Source: a virus
Taxonomy: Duplodnaviria > Caudoviricetes
IMG/VR virus record: IMGVR_UViG_3300020043_003076
Location: 1 to 33,352 of that record
Length of the DNA stretch: 33,352 nucleotides
Direction: 5' to 3' (one strand)
A model generated the notes under the pieces. It worked only from the letters and a program-made list of their open reading frames with translations. It made no database searches and was not told where the DNA came from. Shown piece by piece: positions 7,788 through 17,458 of the stretch. A program made the position numbers and the translations under genes. How positions within the stretch are numbered: position 1 is the first letter of the stretch; each line of letters opens with the position of its first letter.

Positions 7788-10622
7788 ATGGCAAAGAAAA
7801 AAATTAGCGCACTGCCTGCGGGCGGGACATTAACTGGGGCAGAATTAGTCCCTTTAGTTCAATCTGGCACAACTAAAAGAGTAACGGCTCAGGACATTGC
7901 CAATTTAGGTAATGCGTCTGGCGTTGAGGGGTCTGGGACAATTGACTACATTGCTAAATTTACTGCCAGTTCAACTATTGGTGATTCAATTATCAGTGAT
8001 AATGGAACAAGGGTAACAATTGACGGCGATTTCAGAGTTGCTTTAGCAGATGCAAACGTAAACTTGCAAGGCTCGACAAAAAGTTATTTATTACAAGTTG
8101 TCGATGGTAATAATAGATTCAGAATTTATGACAATACTGCAAATGAGGAAAGGTTTACAATTTCGTCAACAGGTGAGGCAAGTTTTAGCAGTTCAGTAAC
8201 GGCAAATAGTTTTGTAAAAAGTGGCGGAACATCGGCACAATATTTAAAGGCAGACGGCTCGGTTTCAACTTTAACGAATCCAATAACAGGCACAGGCACA
8301 ACAAACTATTTGCCAAAATTTACAGGAACAAGTGCTTTAGGGAACTCTTTGATTTATGATAATGGAAGTGGAATTGGAATTGGAACTGCAAGTCCTAATT
8401 ATACAACAAGTGGCAGAGGCGTTATTGATGTAAATGGGTCATCTCAATCTATGTATGCTTTAAGTGTAGGCGGGGTTGGCAAAGCATTTTTATTTTATAC
8501 AGGTGCAGATTTATTATTATCTAACGAAAGCGCAGGAGAGATTAAATTTAATACAAATGGTTCTCAAAAAGCGGTAATCACATCAGGCGGTAATTTTGGA
8601 ATAAATACTACAAGTCCTGCAAATGGTAAATTAGTTGTAAAAGATAGTGGTTATCAATATATCGCAGAGCCAACTGATTCAACAACTTATGGTTATTTAG
8701 GAATTGGACATTTTACAAACGGAACTTTTATAGGTACAACCGCAGGAAGCAATACTGCAAGTGATTTATTAAGATTTGGCACAAGTGGTACTGAAAGAAT
8801 GCGTATCACATCAGCAGGTAATGTCGGTATCGGGACTACAAGTCCTGCGGGTCAATTAGATGTTGGCTCAGGCTATCAAAGATTATTATTAACTTATCCA
8901 AGTACTTATGTAACTAAATTAAGCATCGGAGCAGGAGCATTTATTCAACAAGATGCAAGTAATGAAATAACAACTTTTGAACAAACATATTCTGCGGGGA
9001 AAATAGATTTTAATATTGGTGCAGGTAGTACAAAAGTTCGTATTGCTAATACAGGAAATGTTTTAATAGGCACAACCACAGATGCGGGCTACAAGTTAGA
9101 TGTAAACGGAACTGGAAGAGTGAGTGGTCAATTAACATTAGGGAGTAATATTATTTTACCTGATTCTCAAGATATATCTTGGGGAACAGGAGGATATGGT
9201 GCATATAAACCTACAATTAGTGCAACTGATGGGGTTGGAATTAAATTTTATCCAGATGGTCAAGGGAGTGGTAACACATTTACAATAAATACAAATGGAA
9301 CAGCGACATTCAGTTCAAGTGTTAGTATTGGTACAAGTAGTGGGTCATATAGATTAAATGTTTTAGCACCTTTTACAAGCGGGTTAGGTGGTGCATATAT
9401 TGAAGCAGGAGAATATGACAAAAGTGTTTTAGTTTTAAATCATACAAATGGTTCTGTTTCGGCAAATTTATTAGATGTACAAAAAAGTGGAAGTAGTGTA
9501 TTTAAAATTGCTTCAACAGGTGCAGCGACATTCAGTTCAAGCGTACAAGCGGTTAATGGAATTTTTAAAAATACTTATTATAATACTATTGCAGAAGTGT
9601 CAGGGAGTCCTTATTATGGCTCTGCATTATTTTTATCAGGTGATGCAGGTATAAACCAAAAAACTTGGAGAATGGTTACAAAATATGCCTCGCCTGATAT
9701 TGCATTAGTATTTGAATCCTCAACAACATCAGTGTCATATGGTTCAAATCCAACAGGATTAACATATGCTGAAGCTATGCGTATTGCTCCAACAGGTAAT
9801 GTTTTAATCGGCACAACCACAGACGCAGGATATAAATTAGATGTGAATGGTACTGCAAGAGTGAGTGGTGGCTCATTAAAATTAGAGGGTGCAAGTCCTG
9901 TATTTAATATTAATAGAACATCAGGAAGTACATTAGGGACTAATTATTCATCAAATGGAACAAGTGTTGCTGAAACAACAATAAATTTAAGCACAGGAGA
10001 GTTTAAAATATCAAGTGGTTTTAGTACTTATGGTGGTTATTTAACTTTTAATACTGATGGTAGCGAAAGAATGCGTATTACATCAGCAGGTTTAGTAGGT
10101 ATCGGCACTACAAGTCCTGCGGATAAATTAGATATTTATAGTAGTGCAAACTCACAACAAGGATTAAAAATTACAAACCCTAATGCAGGAACTTCTGCTA
10201 TTGCGGTAACAAAATACTCTAATGGTACTTACACACATTTATTTGGTATTTTAGGGACTAATTATACAACTTATGGAGTTTTACAAGCAAATGAAGCATT
10301 TATGTATTCTGCTGCTCAAAGTATGTCTTTTGGTGCTGATGGAGATTCATCAATTAAATTTGGAACGGGTACAGGCGTAATTGAAAGAATGCGTATCACA
10401 TCTTCAGGACAATTAGCAGTAAACACAACAAGCCCTGACGCTTCTGCTTTAGTTCAAATTGATTCAAACACACAAGGATTTTTAGTGCCGAGAATGTTAG
10501 AATCTGAGATTAATAGTATTAGTTCACCTGCGACAGGTTTATTAGTTTACAATACCGACCAAGACCATATGTGTATGTTTGATGGCTCAGTTTGGAAAAA
10601 GTTTTCAATGAGTAATATGTAA
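7788..10622 (+). CDS. Tail fibre / receptor-binding protein
   Basis: 944 aa, G/S/T-rich; N-terminal KKISALP...ELVPLVQ anchor, repeated ERMRITSAGNVGIGTTSP / GNVLIGTTTDAGYKLDVNG units, C-terminal GFLVPRM...ATGLLVYNTD. Confidence 0.88.
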   Translation: MAKKKISALPAGGTLTGAELVPLVQSGTTKRVTAQDIANLGNASGVEGSGTIDYIAKFTASSTIGDSIISDNGTRVTIDGDFRVALADANVNLQGSTKSYLLQVVDGNNRFRIYDNTANEERFTISSTGEASFSSSVTANSFVKSGGTSAQYLKADGSVSTLTNPITGTGTTNYLPKFTGTSALGNSLIYDNGSGIGIGTASPNYTTSGRGVIDVNGSSQSMYALSVGGVGKAFLFYTGADLLLSNESAGEIKFNTNGSQKAVITSGGNFGINTTSPANGKLVVKDSGYQYIAEPTDSTTYGYLGIGHFTNGTFIGTTAGSNTASDLLRFGTSGTERMRITSAGNVGIGTTSPAGQLDVGSGYQRLLLTYPSTYVTKLSIGAGAFIQQDASNEITTFEQTYSAGKIDFNIGAGSTKVRIANTGNVLIGTTTDAGYKLDVNGTGRVSGQLTLGSNIILPDSQDISWGTGGYGAYKPTISATDGVGIKFYPDGQGSGNTFTINTNGTATFSSSVSIGTSSGSYRLNVLAPFTSGLGGAYIEAGEYDKSVLVLNHTNGSVSANLLDVQKSGSSVFKIASTGAATFSSSVQAVNGIFKNTYYNTIAEVSGSPYYGSALFLSGDAGINQKTWRMVTKYASPDIALVFESSTTSVSYGSNPTGLTYAEAMRIAPTGNVLIGTTTDAGYKLDVNGTARVSGGSLKLEGASPVFNINRTSGSTLGTNYSSNGTSVAETTINLSTGEFKISSGFSTYGGYLTFNTDGSERMRITSAGLVGIGTTSPADKLDIYSSANSQQGLKITNPNAGTSAIAVTKYSNGTYTHLFGILGTNYTTYGVLQANEAFMYSAAQSMSFGADGDSSIKFGTGTGVIERMRITSSGQLAVNTTSPDASALVQIDSNTQGFLVPRMLESEINSISSPATGLLVYNTDQDHMCMFDGSVWKKFSMSNM

Positions 10623-10636
10623 TTTTTGTATATTTG
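10592..10636 (+). promoter_or_regulatory. Putative late promoter: palindromic site plus -7 box
   Basis: TTGGAAAAAGTTTTCAA (10592-10608), 20 nt, TATATTTG (10629-10636), 4 nt, ATG 10641. Confidence 0.55.
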
Positions 10637-10640
10637 ACAC

Positions 10641-10808
10641 ATGAACGAAATCGATGTATATGGCATTGTTAGTCAAGGACTAAACATTGCAAACCAAAAA
10701 GGCGCTTTTAACTTAGATGAGTCAGCAGCAATTGCACAAGCGTTATTAAAATTAAAAGAATTGTTAAACTTAACAGAGCAAAAAAATGATTCAGTTGAAA
10801 CCAAGTAA
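10641..10808 (+). CDS. Small hypothetical protein (55 aa, not in ORF track)
   Basis: MNEIDVYGIVSQGLNIANQKGAFNLDESAAIAQALLKLKELLNLTEQKNDSVETK; fills the gap after the fibre and has a promoter box directly upstream. Confidence 0.75.
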   Translation: MNEIDVYGIVSQGLNIANQKGAFNLDESAAIAQALLKLKELLNLTEQKNDSVETK

Positions 10809-11031
10809 TGTCGGCGTATTAGGAACAATCACGCAGATTGATGTTTTAGTGTTACCATTCCAAACGAATGCGGTTACATGCTCAACTTATTATAAGTTGT
10901 GTAATGCTGACGGCAAACAATTGGCAGAGGGAAACATCGCATTGACAGAAGAGCAATTCGCAAACTGGGGAACGGACAATAGTTATGTTTCTGACATTGT
11001 GATTGCAGCATTAGGATTAGAAAAAGCGTAA
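10786..11031 (+). CDS. Hypothetical protein, possible tail-fibre assembly protein
   Basis: 81 aa ending NWGTDNSYV...ALGL; lies after the fibre gene and before a hairpin. Confidence 0.65.
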   Translation: MIQLKPSNVGVLGTITQIDVLVLPFQTNAVTCSTYYKLCNADGKQLAEGNIALTEEQFANWGTDNSYVSDIVIAALGLEKA

Positions 11032-11036
11032 ATAAA

Positions 11037-11063
11037 AGAGGTCGAGCAATCGGCCTCTATTTT
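11037..11063 (+). terminator. Stem-loop, possible intrinsic terminator or stability hairpin
   Basis: AGAGGTCGA-GCAA-TCGGCCTCT (GNRA loop) followed by only a short ATTTT tract. Confidence 0.55.
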
Positions 11064-11074
11064 AAATTAAGAAA

Positions 11075-13444
11075 ATGGCAGACGAAAAGTCAATAGTATA
11101 TAATGTCGATATTCAATTCGGCGAACTCCAGAAAAATCAAGAAGAGATTAAAAAAAGAATTTCTGACTTGCGTGAGGAGCAATCGAAATTAGATGTCTCA
11201 GCTAAAGAGAATCAAAAGGCCTTTAGGGACAATAATGCTCAGTTGAAAGCATTGGAGGGTCAATATAAGTTGAATGAGAAATCAATCAATGAATTATCGA
11301 ACGCCGAGAAAGCAAATACTGACACGACTAATTTTAATAACAACTCAATCAAACAAAATCGTGAGTTGCTAAAGGAATTGAATGCCGAATATGTACGATT
11401 GCAAAATCCAACCAAAGAGCAGACGGCCAGACTAAAGAGTTTAACAGACACTTTAAAGGCTCAAGAGTCTGCAATTGGAGACAATCGCAGAAACGTTGGT
11501 AATTATGCCGAATCATTCAAAGGATTGTTAGGACAATTCCCTGCATTGGAAAAAGGATTAAGCGGAGTTGGCAATGGATTCAAAGCATTAAGCGCAGGAA
11601 ATCCGTTTAGCTTAATTTTAATGACATTAACGCCATTAATTCAGTCATTCTTAAAATTAGAACCAGTTACAAACGCAATTAATGGAGTTTTTGAGGGATT
11701 GAGTGCGACAATTACAACCATTTCGTCATCTGTTAAAAATTTCTTTGACTTAGTGAGTTCTGGAGGGGGATTATTTGATTCTTTTTCAAACGCATTCAGT
11801 GGATTAGGCTCAAGAATTGGAGACGCAGCCGCAGAGGGTTACAATTTGGTGCAGGCATTAGACGACTTAGAAGACGCAGAGCGTGCAAACCAAGCAATCA
11901 TGGCGCAGACAAATAGGGACGTGGCCATTTTAATTGCACAATCTAAAGACAGAACAAAAAGTGAAAAAGATAGAATTGCATTATTACAAGAGGCGAATAG
12001 ATTAGAAGAGGCACAATTAAAAAAAGACGAGCAGTTAGCAAATAAAAGAGTTGAGATTGCGGCAAAGGCTTTGTCAAATGCGATTAAAACTGGTCAGGAC
12101 AGAGACACCGCAGAACAAAGACTGGCAGATGCGCAACAAAAACGTTTTGAGGTGCAACAAGCGGCGGGAACTCAGACAGAAAAAAATCAGGGTCGTATAA
12201 ATGGATTGATTGAGGCAGAGGCGACATTCAGAGAGAAGCAAAAAGAAAAAGAAAAAAAGAATTTAGAAGATAGGGCAAAGGAATTAGAGAAATTCGCTAA
12301 CAAAGTTAGGGCGCAATTATCTGAAGAGCAGAAAGCGAGAGTTGACGCATTTAATAACGAAAAGGTAATTAACGATTTAAACCGAGCGCAATATGAGGCT
12401 AATTTAAAACAAAAATTTGCGAACGCATTAATCACCCAGAAACAATATGACGATGCATTAAAGCAATCACAGATAGATAAAAACAATGAAGAGATTGCAC
12501 GTCTCGAGGCATACAATGGAATCACTGGCGCTTATGATGACCAGATTACTGCGCTAAAGATTGCAAACCAAAATCTGGTAACGGACAATAAAATTGCAAA
12601 CGATGAGAAACAAAAACAATTAGACGAACAGAAACTGCAATTTGAATTAGAACTTGCACAAGTTGAGGCAACTGATTTAGAAGCTAAGAACGCAGCCGAA
12701 ATTGCTATTTTGCAAAATCAAAACGCTTTAATATTAGCAGACACTAAAAAGACAGAAGAGCAAAAGAAAGTTGAGATTGCTAAAAACAATGCGGCAATTG
12801 TTAAGATTGAACAAGACACTGCAAAAGCGAGAATTGATGCGTTGGCTTCAGTTGGCCAATCATTCATGGCGTTGTCTAAAATATTAGGGGAGAACACAAA
12901 AGAGGGCAAAGCGTTGGCAATCGCTTCGACTATTATTAGCACGCTGACATCTGCTCAAAATATTTATGAGTCAACATCTAAGATTCCATTTGTCGGCTCA
13001 ATTTTAGCGCCTATAAATGCGGGAATTGCTTTGTTGCAAGGTTACCAAAGAGTGCGAGAGATTAGAGCCGTAGAAGTCCCACAATTCGCAACTGGCGGAT
13101 TTGTTGAGGGGTTTGCAACTGGCGGTTTATCTGGGACTCGAATTGGAGCAGGAATGGGAATGCCTATTCGCAGAAGTAATGGCGACAACTTATTGGCAAC
13201 TATTAAAACTGGAGAGGTTATTTTAAACCAGAGACAACAAGCGGCTTTAGGTGGCTCGAATACATTTAAGCGCATTGGAGTGCCTGGATTTGCTGACGGC
13301 GGAATGGTAACTCCAGACGCTGCGATTGATAGCAGTATTAACATTGCAGAAGCGTTGAAAGGATTACAATTGGTAGTAAGCGCAACCGAAATAACAGAAG
13401 TTCAAAACAGACTTAGAGTCATAGAAACAACAACATCACTATAA
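11075..13444 (+). CDS. Tail tape measure protein
   Basis: 789 aa; long A/E/K/Q-rich coiled coil, RNVGNY motif, hydrophobic segments, C-terminal FATGG/FADGG motifs. Confidence 0.88.
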   Translation: MADEKSIVYNVDIQFGELQKNQEEIKKRISDLREEQSKLDVSAKENQKAFRDNNAQLKALEGQYKLNEKSINELSNAEKANTDTTNFNNNSIKQNRELLKELNAEYVRLQNPTKEQTARLKSLTDTLKAQESAIGDNRRNVGNYAESFKGLLGQFPALEKGLSGVGNGFKALSAGNPFSLILMTLTPLIQSFLKLEPVTNAINGVFEGLSATITTISSSVKNFFDLVSSGGGLFDSFSNAFSGLGSRIGDAAAEGYNLVQALDDLEDAERANQAIMAQTNRDVAILIAQSKDRTKSEKDRIALLQEANRLEEAQLKKDEQLANKRVEIAAKALSNAIKTGQDRDTAEQRLADAQQKRFEVQQAAGTQTEKNQGRINGLIEAEATFREKQKEKEKKNLEDRAKELEKFANKVRAQLSEEQKARVDAFNNEKVINDLNRAQYEANLKQKFANALITQKQYDDALKQSQIDKNNEEIARLEAYNGITGAYDDQITALKIANQNLVTDNKIANDEKQKQLDEQKLQFELELAQVEATDLEAKNAAEIAILQNQNALILADTKKTEEQKKVEIAKNNAAIVKIEQDTAKARIDALASVGQSFMALSKILGENTKEGKALAIASTIISTLTSAQNIYESTSKIPFVGSILAPINAGIALLQGYQRVREIRAVEVPQFATGGFVEGFATGGLSGTRIGAGMGMPIRRSNGDNLLATIKTGEVILNQRQQAALGGSNTFKRIGVPGFADGGMVTPDAAIDSSINIAEALKGLQLVVSATEITEVQNRLRVIETTTSL

Positions 13445-13563
13445 TGGCAAAAGCAAAAGCAACGGCACAGAAGACCAAACTTAATTTCGGCAAACGAAAG
13501 TCTGGCAGAGCAGCGAAAGCAAAAAACAAACAACCTAAAAAATATAGAGGACAAGGTCGATGA
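13444..13563 (+). CDS. Small basic protein ending KKYRGQGR (39 aa, not in ORF track)
   Basis: MAKAKATAQKTKLNFGKRKSGRAAKAKNKQPKKYRGQGR; TAATG-coupled to the tape measure gene and ATGA-coupled to the next gene. Confidence 0.8.
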   Translation: MAKAKATAQKTKLNFGKRKSGRAAKAKNKQPKKYRGQGR

Positions 13564-13805
13564 ACATTGAAAAAGAATTTTATACCAGAATTGACACCAC
13601 ATTTGGTGATTGTAACAATGTTGCATACCATTTAGCTGAGAAATGTGCGCTAACAACTGGCGACATGGAAAGATATTTGATTCGTTGTGAATATGAAGAG
13701 CAAGTCATTAAGAATAAAAAAAGCAAAATGATTATTTATGCTGACTTAGCTGAGAAATATTGCAAGTCGATTCATTCTGTAATCTATATTGTAAAGAAAA
13801 TCTAA
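13560..13805 (+). CDS. Putative DNA-binding regulator (Mor/C-like C-terminal HTH)
   Basis: C-terminal DLAEKYCKSIHSVIYIV resembles the LAxxYxxSxxxIxxI HTH of Mor-family activators. Confidence 0.55.
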   Translation: MNIEKEFYTRIDTTFGDCNNVAYHLAEKCALTTGDMERYLIRCEYEEQVIKNKKSKMIIYADLAEKYCKSIHSVIYIVKKI

Positions 13806-13851
13806 TTGTAAAAAGTTTACAAAAACCATATTTCTATTTCCGTTAACTTTG
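13806..13851 (+). promoter_or_regulatory. Putative late promoter for the protease-capsid-tail operon
   Basis: Perfect inverted repeat TTGTAAA-AAG-TTTACAA (13806-13822), 21 nt, TAACTTTG (13844-13851), 5 nt, ATG 13857. Confidence 0.7.
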
Positions 13852-13856
13852 TTAAC

Positions 13857-14939
13857 ATGGAAATTTATAATTTATTAATCAATAAGGACATTGGCACTGA
13901 TAAGGGCGAATTGTCTGCGGATTATGTAAGGTCTGAAATTGCAAAGGCTCAAAATCAGGGGTCAAAAGAAATTAGATTGATTATTAACTCACGAGGCGGA
14001 AGCGTTTACGAGGGGTTTTCTATTTATAACGACTTGCAGGACGCAGGTTTAAAAATCACCGCTTACATTCATGGCTTTTGTGGCTCAATTGCTACATTAA
14101 TTGCATCGGCTGCGTCTTATGTTGAAATGTCTGAGACGGCTCAGTATATGATTCACAATGCAAGTGGCGGAGCGCAAGGCACTGCAAACGAAATTAAGTC
14201 AACGGCTGAGGCTTTGTCTCAAATCGACACAATTTTGGCTCAGAATTACGCTAAAAAAACAAACAAATCAATTGAGGACATCATGACTATGATGGACAAA
14301 ACAACTTACATGACGCCACAACAAGCCAAAGAAATGGGATTTGTGGACGCAGTGAGAATGCCAATTGCCGCTTACGGAAAATTTAACGATAAAATAAAAA
14401 TGGATTCAAATTTCAAAAACAAAATTGCTTCAGCATTCAAGGCTATTGAGGAAGCATTAACTGGCGCAGAGCCAACAAATTTCGTTGAGCCATTGGCAGA
14501 CGGAATGACTATTCTTTATGGAGAGGGTGAATTAGAAGTGGGTAAACCAGTCTATATTAACGCTGAAATGACAGAAAAAGCGCCAGAGGGCGAGCATGCT
14601 TTAGCAGCAGGCAAAATTATCATTGTTGACGCAGCAGGCGTTATTGTTGAAATCAGAGAAATCGAAGTTGAAGTTGTTTCTGAAGCAACTAACAAAGTCG
14701 AGGAATTAACCGCACAAGTTGACGCATTAACTGCTGAAATCACTGCATTAAAAGAAGAGAAAACAACAATTGAAACTGCAAGCGCAGCATTCAAAGCAAA
14801 AATGGACAAAGAGTTCAAAGCATTAAAATCATTAGTTGAAACGGCTGAGACTAAAGTTCCAAACGCAGCAGCAGCAAAGGCAGAAGTTAAAACGTCTCCA
14901 TTTGATGCGGTAGCAGCTAATTTAAAAAAACAATATTAA
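13857..14939 (+). CDS. ClpP-like prohead protease with C-terminal scaffold-like region
   Basis: INSRGGSVYEG, CGSIATLI (catalytic Ser), MIHNA (His), A.EMGFVD; coiled-coil C-terminus; precedes the capsid gene. Confidence 0.9.
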   Translation: MEIYNLLINKDIGTDKGELSADYVRSEIAKAQNQGSKEIRLIINSRGGSVYEGFSIYNDLQDAGLKITAYIHGFCGSIATLIASAASYVEMSETAQYMIHNASGGAQGTANEIKSTAEALSQIDTILAQNYAKKTNKSIEDIMTMMDKTTYMTPQQAKEMGFVDAVRMPIAAYGKFNDKIKMDSNFKNKIASAFKAIEEALTGAEPTNFVEPLADGMTILYGEGELEVGKPVYINAEMTEKAPEGEHALAAGKIIIVDAAGVIVEIREIEVEVVSEATNKVEELTAQVDALTAEITALKEEKTTIETASAAFKAKMDKEFKALKSLVETAETKVPNAAAAKAEVKTSPFDAVAANLKKQY

Positions 14940-14966
14940 TTAAATAAAAAATAAAACAACAAGAAA

Positions 14967-15941
14967 ATGGCAGATGTATTAGACATTAACGTTAGTTGGG
15001 CAGGGCAACAAGCTAACGAGGTTTTAATAAAACCAACGTTTTTAACTCCAGAGTTACAAAACGAATTTAGAATTATTTTAGACATCAAATCTAAAAGACA
15101 ATTAGCATTAGACACAATCCTTTCTGGCGTAGTACGTCCGTCTGTTGGTTGCGGTCGTGATAATGCAGGTGATGTTGTAGACATTACTGAAAAATTCATT
15201 GAGGTTTGTGATTTGAAAGTTAACTTAGACCAATGTGCTAAGAACTTAAAAAACACTTTCATGGAAGAGTATTTGAGAACTGGAAACGAGGCTCAAAACT
15301 TAGAGGGAACAATCGTTGAAAACTACATTATTGAGAAAGTTACAAACGCAGTGCGTTTAGACGTTTACGATATTGCTTGGTTCGGTGATGAGAACTCAAC
15401 AAATGACACTTTAGCTTCATGTACTGGTATCTGGACTCGCTTAATTGCAGGTGCGAATGCTTACGATGTTGAAAAAGTAACTATTCCAACTACATTAGCT
15501 GATTGCACTGCATTAGATACTATGCGTTCAATGTACGAATCAGCACCAGACATTTTAGACCAAATGGCAGAGGGCGACAAATATTTCGCTTTAACCAGAG
15601 AGTTATATGACAATTATTTGACTTGTCGTGAAGATGCTTGTTGTGGTGATAAATCATGGGATATGGTTGAGGCAGGTGCGAGAGTATTAATGTTCAGAGG
15701 CATTCCAGTTTACAAAAAATCGAGATGGTCTCAAATCATTAATGCAAACAACATGAATCACAAACATCGTGCGGTTTACACATACAAAGAGAACTTAGTA
15801 ATTGGTACAGATGCAATTTCTGACACAAATACATTAGATTTCTTTTATGATAAGAGAGACAAAATGAATTACATCGATGCTGAGTTCAAAATGGGAACTC
15901 AATACATCTATGGTGATTTATCAGTAATCGCATTATCATAA
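14967..15941 (+). CDS. Major capsid protein
   Basis: 324 aa directly after the protease; AWFGD, GIPV and NLVIGTD motifs consistent with HK97-fold capsids of Bacteroidota phages; strong codon bias. Confidence 0.85.
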   Translation: MADVLDINVSWAGQQANEVLIKPTFLTPELQNEFRIILDIKSKRQLALDTILSGVVRPSVGCGRDNAGDVVDITEKFIEVCDLKVNLDQCAKNLKNTFMEEYLRTGNEAQNLEGTIVENYIIEKVTNAVRLDVYDIAWFGDENSTNDTLASCTGIWTRLIAGANAYDVEKVTIPTTLADCTALDTMRSMYESAPDILDQMAEGDKYFALTRELYDNYLTCREDACCGDKSWDMVEAGARVLMFRGIPVYKKSRWSQIINANNMNHKHRAVYTYKENLVIGTDAISDTNTLDFFYDKRDKMNYIDAEFKMGTQYIYGDLSVIALS

Positions 15942-15970
15942 TTTTAACTTAAAAAAAAGGAGACAATATC

Positions 15971-16537
15971 ATGCCATGTGGAATAGTTAGTGGATTAGCT
16001 TGTGCGACTTGCGAAGATTTGCAATCGGTAGGCGGAATAAAAGCCAAAAACATATATGTGGGTTCACTATCGGATTTAACCGATAGTGGATTTACCACAG
16101 ATTCTGAGGGCGTTGTTACTGCAATAGGTTTACAACCATACAACTATCTTTACAAGTTCTGCGCAAAAACAAAAAGCGCAGGAGCAAGTCAAGAATTGGT
16201 TACTGGTGAGAACAATATCAAATCGTTTACACAAACGATTACTGGTAAATTTCAGCAACAAACTCAGGACGCCAAAAATGTTTGGGATAATTTAAAATTA
16301 ATTGACGATTTATTCGTTGTAGTTGAAAAGACAAATGGAACTTTCGAATTGTACGGAAAGTCGGCAGGTTTGGAAATCACTGCGCTTACAAAAGCGACTG
16401 GAGTTCTAATCGGTGATGACAATGCGTTCAATATTACTTTGTCTCAGCCAAATGGCGGAGAGTCAGAGTTAGCGCCAGATTTCTTAGTAACTGATTACCA
16501 AGCGACAAAATCATACTTAGAAAGTAAAATTGCTTAA
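15971..16537 (+). CDS. Major tail (tube) protein
   Basis: 188 aa; C...C...VGGIK.IY N-terminus and VVVEKTNG...YG...GL motif; followed by a strong terminator. Confidence 0.75.
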   Translation: MPCGIVSGLACATCEDLQSVGGIKAKNIYVGSLSDLTDSGFTTDSEGVVTAIGLQPYNYLYKFCAKTKSAGASQELVTGENNIKSFTQTITGKFQQQTQDAKNVWDNLKLIDDLFVVVEKTNGTFELYGKSAGLEITALTKATGVLIGDDNAFNITLSQPNGGESELAPDFLVTDYQATKSYLESKIA

Positions 16538-16559
16538 TTAAGTTAGTCGAAAATGTTTG

Positions 16560-16598
16560 GAGAGGCGATGAGTTATACTTGTCGCCTCTCTTTTTTTT
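16560..16598 (+). terminator. Rho-independent terminator
   Basis: GAGAGGCGATGAG-TTATA-CTTGTCGCCTCTC, then T8. Confidence 0.92.
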
Positions 16599-16610
16599 GT
16601 GAAATATTAC

Positions 16611-16618
16611 TATATTTG
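16611..16618 (+). promoter_or_regulatory. Bacteroidota -7 promoter box for the glycosylation cassette
   Basis: TATATTTG just after the terminator, 4 nt before ATG 16623. Confidence 0.6.
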
Positions 16619-16622
16619 CCTT

Positions 16623-16799
16623 ATGACAATTCCAGAACTTAAAATATATGTTGACTCGCAAGGCGGGCAAGCAATGAACAGAAAGGATATAACGTGGAAT
16701 CTAATATTTGACATGTACAAAAGGGCAACTGGCAATAGGTTGTCAACTGGTTGCGGGTCATGTTACAAAAGAGCATACAGATGGCTACAAAATCAATAA
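16623..16799 (+). CDS. Small CxxC protein (hypothetical)
   Basis: MTIPELK...TGCGSCYKRAYRWLQNQ, 58 aa; start chosen after the promoter box. Confidence 0.7.
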   Translation: MTIPELKIYVDSQGGQAMNRKDITWNLIFDMYKRATGNRLSTGCGSCYKRAYRWLQNQ

Positions 16800-17458
16800 T
16801 TTATCAAATCTTTTTTGACGAAAAGACGAAAAAATATATCACTCCAAATGCGATTGGATATGATAATTCTATTTATGAGGGCAAAGGGTTGCAACCTGCG
16901 TTTGAAAACCACATCATTCGTGAGTTAATCGAGCAGGGAAAGCATAAAGAGGCCGAATACTTTGGCGTTTTTTCGTGGCAGTTTGAATCAAAGAACTCAT
17001 ATTGGCTTAAAAACTTAGAGGCAGACGTTAAAGATGCTGACATTTATACATTTTATAGATTGCACACGCAGCCAAATGTCTGGCGAGTTGCTGAGAACTG
17101 GCATTCTGGAATCATTAAAACGGCTCAACATATCTTTGACCAATTTAATGGCTTAAAAATAGACCGATTGCAGACGCCAACCATTTATCAAAATGCTCAC
17201 GTTACACGTTCAGAGATTTACGAGGAATACGTTACAACGTGGCTAATTCCATTAATGGATATAATGGCCAATGCTGAAAGTATATGGTTGCAGGAGCGTT
17301 TATACACTGACACCAAATATAAATCTGGTCGTTTCTCTAAAGAGCGTATCAAAGCAATTACGGGCGTTGAATATTATCCGATGCACACATTTATTTGCGA
17401 GCGTTTTTTCTCGACTTTTTGTGCAACTAAAAACTTTAAAATTAAACATTTATGCTAA
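16781..17458 (+). CDS. Putative glycosyltransferase-like protein (DUF4422-like)
   Basis: IYQIFFD start, YFGVFSW, ENWH.G, YQNAHV, TFICERFFS; resembles polysaccharide-locus GT-A-like proteins; cassette context. Confidence 0.5.
   Translation: MATKSIIYQIFFDEKTKKYITPNAIGYDNSIYEGKGLQPAFENHIIRELIEQGKHKEAEYFGVFSWQFESKNSYWLKNLEADVKDADIYTFYRLHTQPNVWRVAENWHSGIIKTAQHIFDQFNGLKIDRLQTPTIYQNAHVTRSEIYEEYVTTWLIPLMDIMANAESIWLQERLYTDTKYKSGRFSKERIKAITGVEYYPMHTFICERFFSTFCATKNFKIKHLC

Noticed and set aside
8793-10408. Fibre repeats as a diversity-generating retroelement TR/VR pair or shufflon
   Set aside because: No reverse transcriptase or invertase gene; repeats are direct, in frame, and differ mostly at synonymous sites rather than specifically at adenines
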